The position numbers and the translations under genes were made by a program. A stretch of 64,000 bases of DNA, taken from the NCBI GenBank assembly GCA_963765495.1, contig CAVXWP010000006.1, forward strand, positions 128,001-192,000, in the 5' to 3' direction. The notes beneath the pieces were generated by a model. The model worked only from the letters and a program-made list of their open reading frames with translations. It was not told the DNA's origin and did no database searches. Shown here in pieces: positions 10,883 to 20,490 of this stretch. The first letter of the stretch is position 1; each line of letters starts with the position of its first letter. Source of the stretch: Blastocatellia bacterium (GTDB lineage: Bacteria > Acidobacteriota > Blastocatellia > UBA7656).

Positions 10883-11625
10883 CTCTCAGGTTGCTCAGCT
10901 ACAACATAAGGTTTGGAGGACGAGGGCGCGAAGCTCGGCTTACCGAAGTGATACGCAGAGTCGCACCTGATCTTGTCGTATTTCAGGAGGCGATTGACCC
11001 CCGTGTTATCGAAGAACTGGCCACGGCTACAGATTCGCCCTTCTGGGCGGCTCGCCCGGATCATTCCATAGGCTATATCAGTCGAATCGAGATTGCCCGT
11101 CACGAATGGCACTATCCGCGAGAAGCCAGACATTCATTTCTTGAGATCGTGATTGCTGGAAGCGAGGCCCGCGTCTTCGGGCTTCATTTGCGCGCGATGT
11201 TTTCGAAGTGGACCGAACGTCAACGAGCAAGAGAGATACGCGCATTGCTTGAAAGCATCAGGGCGCACGAGGAAGGGTTTCATCTGCTGGCGGGCGATTT
11301 CAACGCGCTTGCGCCCGGAGCCTTGCTTGAGGTCAAGAGAATGCCCGCCTGGATTCGCGCCATGATCTGGATGAGCGGGCGCGAAATCCAGCGAGAGACC
11401 ATACAAACCCTGCTCGATGCCGATTACATAGACAGTCACCGTTTTCTCAACCCGTCAGAAAGCGGTTCGACATTTCCCACCTGGGACCCTCATCTGCGGC
11501 TCGATTACATCTTTGCGCCGGCGCGATTCGCAGACCGCGTAAAATCGTGCCGGGTCATAAACGACCTCGCGGAAGTAAATTTAGCCTCTGATCATTTCCC
11601 GCTTCTTGCAGAGATCGATTTCTGA
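10879..11625 (+). CDS. Endonuclease/exonuclease/phosphatase (EEP) family protein
   Basis: LLSYNI, VVFQEA, AGDFNA, RLDYIF and SDHFP motifs. Confidence 0.9.
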   Translation: MTLRLLSYNIRFGGRGREARLTEVIRRVAPDLVVFQEAIDPRVIEELATATDSPFWAARPDHSIGYISRIEIARHEWHYPREARHSFLEIVIAGSEARVFGLHLRAMFSKWTERQRAREIRALLESIRAHEEGFHLLAGDFNALAPGALLEVKRMPAWIRAMIWMSGREIQRETIQTLLDADYIDSHRFLNPSESGSTFPTWDPHLRLDYIFAPARFADRVKSCRVINDLAEVNLASDHFPLLAEIDF

Positions 11626-11699
11626 CGGATTAACAGGATTTGGATAGATTCGACAAGATTCGCTGTTAATCTTTTGAAATCCTGTCAATCCTGTCAAAA
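11626..11699. repeat. Inverted 9-mer (AACAGGATT-type) intergenic element
   Basis: ggattaacaggatt ... aatcctgtcaatcctgtc; related copies at 16215-16280 and 24807-24881. Confidence 0.75.
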
Positions 11700-11713
11700 C
11701 ATTCGGAGCAGGA

Positions 11714-12457
11714 CTATTTATTGAGCGCCGATAGTCGCGCGGAAAGACGCCCGCCTTCGTGGCAGCTTAAACAGGTGATGCCGCTCGATGCGGCTACCTT
11801 TGGATTCTCTTTCCATTTCTTTGCCACCGGCTCATAAGGAGTTCCGGCGAGCACTTCGATCATCTTGTCCAGATACATCGCAAGTTCTTCCTTGCGCCCG
11901 GTTCGCTCGGCCGATTGCGCAAGCCCGCCTAAAAGCTCACCTCGAATGTGCACGGGGAGGCGATCTAAGAATTTGGACTGCTGTTTCCAGAGCGCCAGAT
12001 ATGAGTCATAAGCCTGTGACCACGCGGAGGCGCGGTATTTCTCGGGCAAGCGGTCGGCGAAGACCGCGAAACTACCTCCGGTGACTGCCGCGACTCCGCC
12101 GCCATCGGGGTCAAGCCGGTGAGCCTCGGCAAAGAGGTCGAGCGCGCGGCGATAAGTCTGTTCGAACTCATCGTTTTGTTTGTTCTCGTAAGCGCGCACC
12201 GCGCGGTAGAGCGTAGCTCCTCCCTGCCAGGTCAGCAGATCGGCCTTTGCGTCGGGCCGTTTTTCCAGAAGCAACTGGATGTTCTTCTCGCCCCTTGTAA
12301 ATTTCTCCATATCATCTGCCAGAAAGCCCGCGAAGATGTCTTCGCGCACAAGCGTGTGAATCGTAAGCCGGGTGTCGGAAATCGGCGGGTCGGGTGACTG
12401 CGCCATCGCCACGGTCACAAACACTATCACGATAAGAAGTTTGCTGAATTTGAGCAT
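11714..12457 (-). CDS. Secreted helical protein with a C-terminal CxxCH (putative c-type haem)
   Basis: Signal peptide; CLSCH near the C-terminus; AGGAG SD. Confidence 0.6.
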   Translation of the reverse strand: MLKFSKLLIVIVFVTVAMAQSPDPPISDTRLTIHTLVREDIFAGFLADDMEKFTRGEKNIQLLLEKRPDAKADLLTWQGGATLYRAVRAYENKQNDEFEQTYRRALDLFAEAHRLDPDGGGVAAVTGGSFAVFADRLPEKYRASAWSQAYDSYLALWKQQSKFLDRLPVHIRGELLGGLAQSAERTGRKEELAMYLDKMIEVLAGTPYEPVAKKWKENPKVAASSGITCLSCHEGGRLSARLSALNK

Positions 12458-12851
12458 AGTTTGCGTCTCCTGAGTTAAAAACAGATTGCCGGTCAGTCTA
12501 ACCCCAATCTGATCTGAGAATCAATAAAGTAGCGTCATCATTGATCTGCTCTCGTGCTTGAGGCTATATGATTACGTCACGACCCGTGGGTTTGTTTCTT
12601 TCAAGTTTGAAATCTCGGATGAGCGTGGATGAGTGCGAGTGTGCTTTGCGTAAGGGCGGGCAACAGGTTCTCGCAAAGCCGCAAAGCCGCAAAGCATTTT
12701 CACGAGATTCAATTGCTCGGATAAATCGCTCGGCGGGCTTTTCGGATAAGCGCGTTGAAAGGCACCCGCCCTTTTGTTATCTTGAGTGGGCGACTCTGCT
12801 GGTCGTAAATATCGGAAACCTGCTCGCGCGATCTTTCAGGAGACTACTCTT

Positions 12852-13517
12852 ATGGCTATAAATTTTTCGGGCCATTTTGTGTTGCGCAAACTTCACCAGC
12901 TAACCGGAGTCTTGCCGCTCGGAATATTTCTCATCGAACACCTCTATACAAACTCGAAGGCGCTCGGGTCAATCGCGGCGGGTAAATCCGGCGAGCAGTT
13001 GTACAACCAATCCGTGGCCGATCTGCAATCAATTCCTTATATCATCTTCGTGGAAATACTGGGCATATTCGTGCCGCTCATCTATCACGCGGTCTACGGA
13101 CTTGTAATCACTTACGAAGGCCGCCCAAACGTAGGCGCTTACGGATACGGGCGCAACTGGATGTACTTCCTCCAGCGAGTGACGGGCGTGATACTGTTTG
13201 TCTTTATCACCTTTCACGTATTGAATTTCAGATTCGGACTTATCCCCAGACTGAATACCATTTCAGTCGCAGAGCACCCGGACATGGCCTACAGCATCGT
13301 GAGGGGCGAATTCTTTGATCCGGTGATACTGACCATCTACATTATAGGCATCACCTCGACCACTTATCATTTCGCCAACGGGCTGTGGTTATTTCTGGTT
13401 GACTGGGGCGTGGCCGTAGGCCAGCGCGCGCAACGATTGATCGGATATGCCTGCGCTGCAATAGGCGTGGCGCTCACTTTCGCAGGCATAAATGCGGCGC
13501 TCGCATTCATTCGGTAA
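12852..13517 (+). CDS. sdhC: Succinate dehydrogenase cytochrome b558 subunit (operon 2, Bacillus-like)
   Basis: LRKLHQLTG, EHLYTNS, YHAVYG, NWMYFLQRVTG and YHFANGLW, as in Bacillus SdhC; start after CAGGAG. Confidence 0.92.
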   Translation: MAINFSGHFVLRKLHQLTGVLPLGIFLIEHLYTNSKALGSIAAGKSGEQLYNQSVADLQSIPYIIFVEILGIFVPLIYHAVYGLVITYEGRPNVGAYGYGRNWMYFLQRVTGVILFVFITFHVLNFRFGLIPRLNTISVAEHPDMAYSIVRGEFFDPVILTIYIIGITSTTYHFANGLWLFLVDWGVAVGQRAQRLIGYACAAIGVALTFAGINAALAFIR

Positions 13518-13538
13518 TGGATAAAGACAGGTGGGAAG

Positions 13539-15440
13539 ATGGCAAAAGGTGAATTGAGAATCGCGGTCGTCGGAGGTGGACTTGCCGGGCTTATGACCGT
13601 CATCAAGATAGCCGAGCTTGGTCACAAGGTTGATCTGTTCTCGCTCGTCCCCGTCAGGCGGTCGCATTCGGTCTGCGCGCAGGGCGGCATCAACGGCGCG
13701 GTCAATACAAAAGGCGAAGGCGATTCTCCGTGGATTCATTTCGATGACACGATCTATGGCGGCGATTTTCTGGCAAATCAACCTCCCGTAAAAGCCATGT
13801 GCGAAATGGCTCCGGCAATCATCTATATGTTTGACCGCATGGGCGTGCCTTTCTCGCGCACGATGGAAGGGTTACTCGATTTCCGCAGATTCGGCGGAAC
13901 GAAATTCAATCGAACCGCCTTTGCGGGCGCATCGACCGGACAGCAATTGCTGTACGCGCTCGATGAACAGGTGCGCCGATACGAAGTTCAGGGGCTGGTG
14001 ACGAAGTACGAATGGTGGGAATTTTTGTCCGCGGTCCTCGACGATAATCAGGTATGCCGGGGGCTTACGGCGATGAACCTGCGCACGCTCGAAACAGCCT
14101 CTTTCGCCGCCGACGCGATAGTGATGGCCACGGGCGGTATAGGCTCGATCTTCGGCAAATCTACAAACTCAGTTATATGCACGGGGTCGGCTCAATCGGC
14201 CCTGTATCAGCAGGGCGTCAAGTACGCAAACGGCGAATTTATACAGGTGCATCCGACCGCGATACCGGGCGAAGACAAACTCCGATTGATGTCGGAATCG
14301 GCTCGCGGCGAAGGCGGGCGCGTGTGGGTTCCGCGCATTCAGGGCGACGAGCGCGAACCAAGATCGATTCCCGAATCCGAGCGATGGTATTTTCTGGAAG
14401 AGAAGTATCCCGGCTACGGCAATCTTGTGCCGCGCGACATCGCCACCCGCGAAATATTTCAGGTCTGCCTGGACGGGTACGGCATACGCGGGGGCCGAAT
14501 GGTCTATCTCGACCTGACGCACATCCCTACGGAAACGCTCGACCGCAAACTCGGAGCGATACTTGAAATCTACGAGAAATTCGTAGGCGTGGACCCTCGC
14601 TCAAACCCTATGATGATCTTCCCCGGGATGCACTACACGATGGGCGGCATCTGGGTTGATTACGATCAGATGACAAACGTACCGGGAGTATTCGCCGTGG
14701 GCGAATGCGACTACACGATTCACGGCGCGAATCGGCTGGGCGCAAATTCGCTGGTCAGTTGCGTGTACGCAGGCGTTGTGGCAGGGCCTGCCGTGGTCAG
14801 ATACGCCGAAGGAAACGGACGAGGTGAAACCTTAAACGGGCTGCACGAAAGCGAGGCCCATCGGCAGGCCGCGATCAATCAGGAACTGATGAACCGGCGG
14901 GGAGGCGAGAACGCTTATCTGCTGCACGAAGAGATGGGGCAGTGGATGACTGAAAACGTCACAGTCATTCGCTTCAATGACAGACTCGAACAGACGGACG
15001 CAAAACTACAGGAATTGATCGAGCGGTTCGATAATATAGACTTAAACGAGAATATTTACTGGGCCACGCAGGCGCTGCCGCACGCGCGCGAGCTTTACAA
15101 TATGCTGCATCTGGCTCGCGCAATCACGCGGGGGGCGCTTGGTCGCAACGAGTCTCGCGGCGCTCACTACAAGCCGGATTTCCCCGAGCGCAACGATGCG
15201 GAATTCTTAAAGACAACCATCGCAACCTTCACCGCAGAAGGGCCGGAACTCAGTTACGAGCCGGTGGATATTTCGCTCCTCCCTCCGCGAGCGCGGACAT
15301 ACGGCGAAGCAAAACAGGGGCCTGCGGTCTCTTCGGAGCAGGTCGCGCCAAATGATTTGCAGATCGAGCTTAAATACGAGCAGGAGCGCGAAGGGCGCGA
15401 GCATCCATTCGAGGACGCAAGCAAAAACGTCGAATCATAA
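13539..15440 (+). CDS. sdhA: Succinate dehydrogenase flavoprotein (operon 2, Bacillus-like)
   Basis: GGGLAG, RRSHSVCAQGGING, QVHPTAIPGEDKLRLMSESARGEGG and [11 protein letters not shown]. Confidence 0.95.
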   Translation: MAKGELRIAVVGGGLAGLMTVIKIAELGHKVDLFSLVPVRRSHSVCAQGGINGAVNTKGEGDSPWIHFDDTIYGGDFLANQPPVKAMCEMAPAIIYMFDRMGVPFSRTMEGLLDFRRFGGTKFNRTAFAGASTGQQLLYALDEQVRRYEVQGLVTKYEWWEFLSAVLDDNQVCRGLTAMNLRTLETASFAADAIVMATGGIGSIFGKSTNSVICTGSAQSALYQQGVKYANGEFIQVHPTAIPGEDKLRLMSESARGEGGRVWVPRIQGDEREPRSIPESERWYFLEEKYPGYGNLVPRDIATREIFQVCLDGYGIRGGRMVYLDLTHIPTETLDRKLGAILEIYEKFVGVDPRSNPMMIFPGMHYTMGGIWVDYDQMTNVPGVFAVGECDYTIHGANRLGANSLVSCVYAGVVAGPAVVRYAEGNGRGETLNGLHESEAHRQAAINQELMNRRGGENAYLLHEEMGQWMTENVTVIRFNDRLEQTDAKLQELIERFDNIDLNENIYWATQALPHARELYNMLHLARAITRGALGRNESRGAHYKPDFPERNDAEFLKTTIATFTAEGPELSYEPVDISLLPPRARTYGEAKQGPAVSSEQVAPNDLQIELKYEQEREGREHPFEDASKNVES

Positions 15441-15449
15441 GAGGAGAGT

Positions 15450-16196
15450 ATGGCAGGCACAATCAGGCTGAAGATCAGGCGACAGGACGGCGCAGGGACC
15501 GAGAGTTACTGGGAAGAGTTCGACGCTCCTTACCGCAGAGGCGTAAATGTACTGACCTGTTTGATGGACATTCAAAAGAATCCTGTGAATGCTCGTGGGC
15601 AAAAGACTACGGCTGTGGTGTGGGACTCGAACTGTCTGGAAGAGGTTTGCGGCGCGTGCTCTATGCTGATCAACGGGCGCGCAAGGCAAGGGTGTACGGC
15701 GCTCGTGGACCAACTGGATACCCCCATCACGCTTGAGCCCATGACTAAATTTCCAGTCATCCGCGATTTGATAGTTGACCGCTCCGTGATGTTTGAAAAC
15801 CTCAAGAAGGTGCACGCTTGGATAGACATAGACGGCACTTATGAACTGGGACCGGGGCCGCGCGTGGCACCCGAAACACAGGCGGCGCGTTACGACATGT
15901 CGCGCTGCATGACTTGCGGCGTGTGTCTGGAGGTCTGCCCGCAGGTCAACCCGCACTCGAAATTCATAGGTCCCGCGGCGCTCAATCAGGTGCGTCTGTT
16001 CAACGAGCACCCGACGGGCGAGATGCACAAAGACGCAAGATTGAATGCCATCATGCAGCCGGGCGGCATCACCGATTGCGGCAACGCGCAAAATTGCGTC
16101 AAGGCCTGTCCGAAAGAGATACCTCTGACCGATTCTATCGCCTACCTTTACCGCGAGACGACCTGGCACGGGTTGTTTGGCTGGCTCAAAAAATGA
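15450..16196 (+). CDS. sdhB: Succinate dehydrogenase iron-sulfur subunit (operon 2, Bacillus-like)
   Basis: NCLEEVCGAC, CMTCGVCLEVCP and CGNAQNCVKACP. Confidence 0.95.
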   Translation: MAGTIRLKIRRQDGAGTESYWEEFDAPYRRGVNVLTCLMDIQKNPVNARGQKTTAVVWDSNCLEEVCGACSMLINGRARQGCTALVDQLDTPITLEPMTKFPVIRDLIVDRSVMFENLKKVHAWIDIDGTYELGPGPRVAPETQAARYDMSRCMTCGVCLEVCPQVNPHSKFIGPAALNQVRLFNEHPTGEMHKDARLNAIMQPGGITDCGNAQNCVKACPKEIPLTDSIAYLYRETTWHGLFGWLKK

Positions 16197-16214
16197 TAAG
16201 CGACCAGTTTTTTT

Positions 16215-16280
16215 GACAGGATTAACAGGATTTTTAAGGATTTAACCCTGTTCTCTTTTAGTCTTGGTAATTCTGTCAAA
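16215..16280. repeat. Inverted 9-mer intergenic element between convergent genes
   Basis: tgacaggattaacaggatt ... aattctgtca. Confidence 0.65.
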
Positions 16281-16292
16281 GTCTTTTTCGAT

Positions 16293-16649
16293 TCAGATAC
16301 GGCCGAGTCTGCGGGCCAGTCCTCTGGCTATCCCTATTATGTGTTCCTGCGCTTCGAGCGGACGGTTTCCGATAGGCGTTTCCAGATAGCCGGGTTCCGC
16401 CATCAGCCCCACGCGCACATTGCCTGCCTCTTCGATCAGGACAATATCGCCTGCCTCGCCCGCCGTGCCTTCGGAAAAGAGTATGATGTCGCCTATGATC
16501 AACCCTTTTTCCGGCCAGCCGTGATTTATCATCACGCACTCGTAATCCCCTTCGGGTACGTGAAGCAATTGCTTGAACACATCGCCCTCGCCTACGCTGA
16601 TTTTCACCCGCGCTCTGTTGCCGTCCGCCGTAGTCTCTTCGTTTTCCAT
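16293..16649 (-). CDS. Small protein resembling a LexA/S24 C-terminal domain
   Basis: GLIIGDIILF...GDIVLIE...HIIGIARG pattern; no HTH and no clear catalytic Ser/Lys. Confidence 0.45.
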   Translation of the reverse strand: MENEETTADGNRARVKISVGEGDVFKQLLHVPEGDYECVMINHGWPEKGLIIGDIILFSEGTAGEAGDIVLIEEAGNVRVGLMAEPGYLETPIGNRPLEAQEHIIGIARGLARRLGRI

Positions 16650-16807
16650 ATCGAATCAATCATCCTTTGATAAAAAGATAGCATACCGAAGACCGCTCGC
16701 AATAATTGAATCCTGCGCGGCAAGGCGTGTCAATCTCCGAGCATTTCCCGCGCTAATTTTTAACGCAGATTTTAAACGTGACAGGTGCGCGCCGATTACC
16801 GAAAGCA

Positions 16808-16823
16808 TGGCATTCGATTTGCC
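16808..16823 (+). promoter_or_regulatory. Putative sigma54 promoter of the yihY-like gene
   Basis: TGGCATTCGATTTGCC, GG-N10-GC. Confidence 0.65.
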
Positions 16824-16878
16824 CCTCTTTATAGTTAAGAGTGAATATTGAATCGATATGGAACGATCCGGGTGAGTT

Positions 16879-17763
16879 ATGAGCAACCGCGTGTTTGGAG
16901 GGCTTACACTAAAAGAACTGGCAAAAAGAACCTGGCACGAGCTTAATGACGACAGCGCTTTCGGCAGGGCCGCCGAACTTGCCTATTATTTCGTGCTGGC
17001 GCTCTTTCCCATGCTGATTTTCCTGACCAGCCTTGTAGGGTTAATGCCCGAAATTCAACAGAACATTCTGAGCGCGGTCGCAAGAGTCGCCCCCAGAGAG
17101 GCCATGAGACTGGTGAGAGATTTTCTGGCCGACGTGGTCGAAAATCGCAGCACCAGTTTGATCTCAATCGGCATACTCGGCACGCTCTGGGCGGCTTCGA
17201 CAGGCGTGGTGGCCGTGATGGATACGCTCAATGCGGCTTACGAAGCGGAGGAGGGACGCCCCTTCTGGAAGACGCGACTTGTAGCGATGGGATTGACCAT
17301 AGCGATGACGATACTTGTCGTAGGCGGAACGGCGCTGCTGATATTCGCGCGAAAGCTCAGTGCCTGGGTCGGGATTCACCTCGGGCTGGGAACCACCTTC
17401 ACCGTCTTCTCAAGCCTGTTGGGCTACATCGTAGGGCTGATCGAGTTATTCATAGGGCTTGAGATACTCTATTACTTCGGTCCTAATGTCAAAAAGCGAT
17501 GGCGATGGTTTTCGCCCGGCGCCGTTTTCGCCGCCGCCGGTGTCATCGCAGTATCGTTGTTGCTTTCCCTCTATCTGCGGTTCGCTCCCAGTTATAGCGC
17601 GACCTACGGGAGTCTGGGCGCTGTGGTTATCCTTATGCTGTGGCTGTACCTTGTGGGGCTGGTATTGATAACCGGCGGAGAGATTGATTCCGAGATCAGG
17701 CTTGCGCTGGGCAAACCGACTATAGAGAAAGAACAACCAGTCGAGCACAAACAGGCGGCCTGA
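16879..17763 (+). CDS. YihY/BrkB family inner membrane protein
   Basis: AAELAYYFVLALFP, YYFGP, PGAVFA and YSATYGSLGAVVILMLWLY. Confidence 0.9.
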   Translation: MSNRVFGGLTLKELAKRTWHELNDDSAFGRAAELAYYFVLALFPMLIFLTSLVGLMPEIQQNILSAVARVAPREAMRLVRDFLADVVENRSTSLISIGILGTLWAASTGVVAVMDTLNAAYEAEEGRPFWKTRLVAMGLTIAMTILVVGGTALLIFARKLSAWVGIHLGLGTTFTVFSSLLGYIVGLIELFIGLEILYYFGPNVKKRWRWFSPGAVFAAAGVIAVSLLLSLYLRFAPSYSATYGSLGAVVILMLWLYLVGLVLITGGEIDSEIRLALGKPTIEKEQPVEHKQAA

Positions 17764-17811
17764 TGGTTATCAGCAGGCATTCCAGAGATTCCCTTTTATC
17801 TCTCATCCTTT

Positions 17812-18504
17812 CTATGTCGTTTCAGCCAGCAGGTGGTTTTCGACGAAACTGAAATGGCCGCCCCGGCCTACGATGATGTGGTCTATCACGCGGATGTCTA
17901 TGGTGCGGGCCACCTCGACTATTGAGCGAGTCAGCCGCTTGTCTTCGGGCGAGGGGTCGGTGTGTCCGCTCGGATGGTTGTGAACCAGGATCAACCCGGC
18001 CGCGTGAAAGCGAAGCGCCGCTTCGATGATTCGGCGCGGATAAATGACCGCCCGGTCTACTGTGCCTTCCTGTATGATCTCGCTTTCGATGACCTCGTTT
18101 TTGACGTTCAGATAGATCACCATGAAGACTTCGTGTGTGAGACCGGCTATCTTCAGCCGCGCAAAATCGAGCACCGATTGCGGAGATGAGAGAACATCTT
18201 TTCTTTGCATCCCTTCGGCCAGGTATGCGCCGCACATCTCTTTGACCAGACGAATGAGGACGGCAGAAGTGGGGCCGAGTTCGGGAAATGTTTCAAGCTC
18301 GGTCTGGGTGGCATCCAGCACCGCGGCAAGCGAGCCAAATCGCTTGAGCATCTCTTTGGCGGCGGGCTTTACATCTTTTCTCGGTATGGCGTAAGTCAGA
18401 AGCAATTCCAGCAACTCATAATCGTGCAGCCCTTCGGCTCCCGCTCTTTGAAACCGCTCCCTCAGGCGTTTTCTGTGGTCCGCGTAATGTGGCTTTTCTT
18501 CCAT
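17812..18504 (-). CDS. radC: RadC family JAB-domain protein
   Basis: HRKRLRERF, DYELLELLL and HNHPSG...SPED...DHIIVG JAMM motif. Confidence 0.93.
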   Translation of the reverse strand: MEEKPHYADHRKRLRERFQRAGAEGLHDYELLELLLTYAIPRKDVKPAAKEMLKRFGSLAAVLDATQTELETFPELGPTSAVLIRLVKEMCGAYLAEGMQRKDVLSSPQSVLDFARLKIAGLTHEVFMVIYLNVKNEVIESEIIQEGTVDRAVIYPRRIIEAALRFHAAGLILVHNHPSGHTDPSPEDKRLTRSIVEVARTIDIRVIDHIIVGRGGHFSFVENHLLAETT

Positions 18505-18528
18505 CTTGCAAGTGTACCTTCGGTTTCT

Positions 18529-20340
18529 TTAGCGCAGGGGCCAGACAAGCGGCAGTAGCAGCATCACGACCAGAAAGAGCAGTATCGTCATGGGGAAACC
18601 TATCTTTACATAGTCGCGAAAGCGATAGCCCCCGGGTCCCATAACGAGTATGTTCACCGGATGCCCGAGCGGCGTGAGGAAGGCCATAGATGTAGCAAGG
18701 GCGACTGCCATCGCAAGCGAGCGGGGATCGGTGCCCATGCGCTGGGCCGCGCCGATTGCCACGGGTGCGACTATAGCGGCGACAGCCGCTCCATTCATCG
18801 CCTGCGACAAGAGAGTCGTCAGGATAAAAAAACCGGCAAGCATCGCAAGAGGCCCGACGCCGCCCAGTGTGTTTATCAAACCTTTTGCCATAAGAGAGGC
18901 GGCTCCGGTCTTTGACATGGCGATGCCCATCGGCAACATCCCGGCGATCAGAAAGACGCTTTTCCAGTCAATCGCTCCGTAGGCATCATCGACCGAAAGC
19001 ACGCGAACGAGCATCATCAAAAGCGCCCCGCCCAGCATGATCTCTCCTATCAGAGATGAATGCAGGGCCGCAAAAAACAGGGTCGTCACCATGATGAGCA
19101 TCGCGAGCCACCCCTTGCCCAGTTCCAGCGAGGTCTCCTTTTCGTCATGAGAGAGCACGATAAGATCAGACTCTTCGCGCAGGACGGCTAGTCGCTCGCG
19201 CGGCCCCTGCAACAGGAGGGCGTCGCCAAACTGGAGCGGCAGTTCGGTGAGTTTGGAATAAACCTGCTCGCCCGCGCGCCAGATTGCAAGCACCGTCATG
19301 CCGTACTTCAATCGAAAATGCGCGCCTCGAAGGGTCTGGCCTATCAGGCGGGAGCGAGGCGAGAGCATAGCTTCGGCAACGACGATGGTCTGGCTTTCCA
19401 GATCGCGCTCGCGCCAGTCACGACCGGGCAATATTTCAAGATAAGGCTCGACATCACGCCGCTTGAAATCCTTCAGGTTGCCTTCGAATATAAGTATGTC
19501 TCCCTCGTTTAAGATGGATTCGGGCGAGGGCGAAAACCTCACGCTCCCGTTGCGCTCTATTGCGACCACGTTCAGCCCGTATGCCTCGCGTAGCGTGCTT
19601 TCGGCAAGCGGCCTGCCGCTCAGATAAGACCCTTCCGGCACTCGCGCTCGAAACAATCGCTCGCTCATGCGATACACATCAACCAGATCGCCGTCGCCTC
19701 GACTCATGGCGTGCAGGCTCTCTTCGGCCGACTGCGCGGGCAAAAGCCGCCTGCCCCACAATGCCATGTAGACAATTCCGACTATCACGAGCGGCAGTCC
19801 CACGGGCGCGAAATCCTGAAGAGCGAAGCCTTCAAGCCCGTTGTCCCTGAGCAGAGAGCTTACGACTATATTGGTAGTCGTAAGCAGGGTCGCCATGCCG
19901 CCCAGAATCGTGGCAAAGGCCAGAGGCATAAGCAAACGCGAAGGCTTGACCCCGGCCTTGTGAGCCGCGCCCGAAACCGCAGGCAACAGGACCGACGCGG
20001 CGGCGATGTTGTTCATAAACAGCGAGAGAAAAGAACCTGCCACCATCACAACTACCACGAGCCGCCGCTCGCTCTTTCCGGCTACCTTGAGCAAAATATT
20101 GCCCACTTTTTCTGTGACACCCGTGCGTTGCAGCCCCTCGGCAAGTATGAAGATTGCCGCGATAGTGATTACCGCCGAGCGGGAAAACCCGGAGAAAGCC
20201 TCCTGAGTCGTAAGCACGCCGGTAATGCCGAGCGCGAAGACTACGAGAAAGGCGACGAGGTCGGCGCGCAGCCGGTCGCTCAAAAACAGCGCCATCGCCA
20301 GCCCAAGGACGACAAGAGTGATTATTAGAGGATTCCCCAT
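18529..20340 (-). CDS. SLC13/CitMHS transporter with TrkA-C domains
   Basis: FMNN, ATILGGMATLLTTTNI, two RCK_C domains and FLTPLGHPVNILVMGPGGY. Confidence 0.9.
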   Translation of the reverse strand: MGNPLIITLVVLGLAMALFLSDRLRADLVAFLVVFALGITGVLTTQEAFSGFSRSAVITIAAIFILAEGLQRTGVTEKVGNILLKVAGKSERRLVVVVMVAGSFLSLFMNNIAAASVLLPAVSGAAHKAGVKPSRLLMPLAFATILGGMATLLTTTNIVVSSLLRDNGLEGFALQDFAPVGLPLVIVGIVYMALWGRRLLPAQSAEESLHAMSRGDGDLVDVYRMSERLFRARVPEGSYLSGRPLAESTLREAYGLNVVAIERNGSVRFSPSPESILNEGDILIFEGNLKDFKRRDVEPYLEILPGRDWRERDLESQTIVVAEAMLSPRSRLIGQTLRGAHFRLKYGMTVLAIWRAGEQVYSKLTELPLQFGDALLLQGPRERLAVLREESDLIVLSHDEKETSLELGKGWLAMLIMVTTLFFAALHSSLIGEIMLGGALLMMLVRVLSVDDAYGAIDWKSVFLIAGMLPMGIAMSKTGAASLMAKGLINTLGGVGPLAMLAGFFILTTLLSQAMNGAAVAAIVAPVAIGAAQRMGTDPRSLAMAVALATSMAFLTPLGHPVNILVMGPGGYRFRDYVKIGFPMTILLFLVVMLLLPLVWPLR

Positions 20341-20490
20341 CACAAGCGGTCAAGCACCTTGCGGTAAAAGAATTATGAGACGACTGATCTCTGCCGCAAC
20401 CGTACCTCGCAAGTGACCGGGTGTCAAGTAACTGGCTAATTCAAGGCCGGTCAGGCTACCATATATTTACTTGCGCGAGCCGGGAAAACG

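Noticed and set aside
17812-18504. radC as a marker of an integrative element
   Set aside because: Full-length chromosomal type with an N-terminal HhH region, among housekeeping genes; no integrase or att sites
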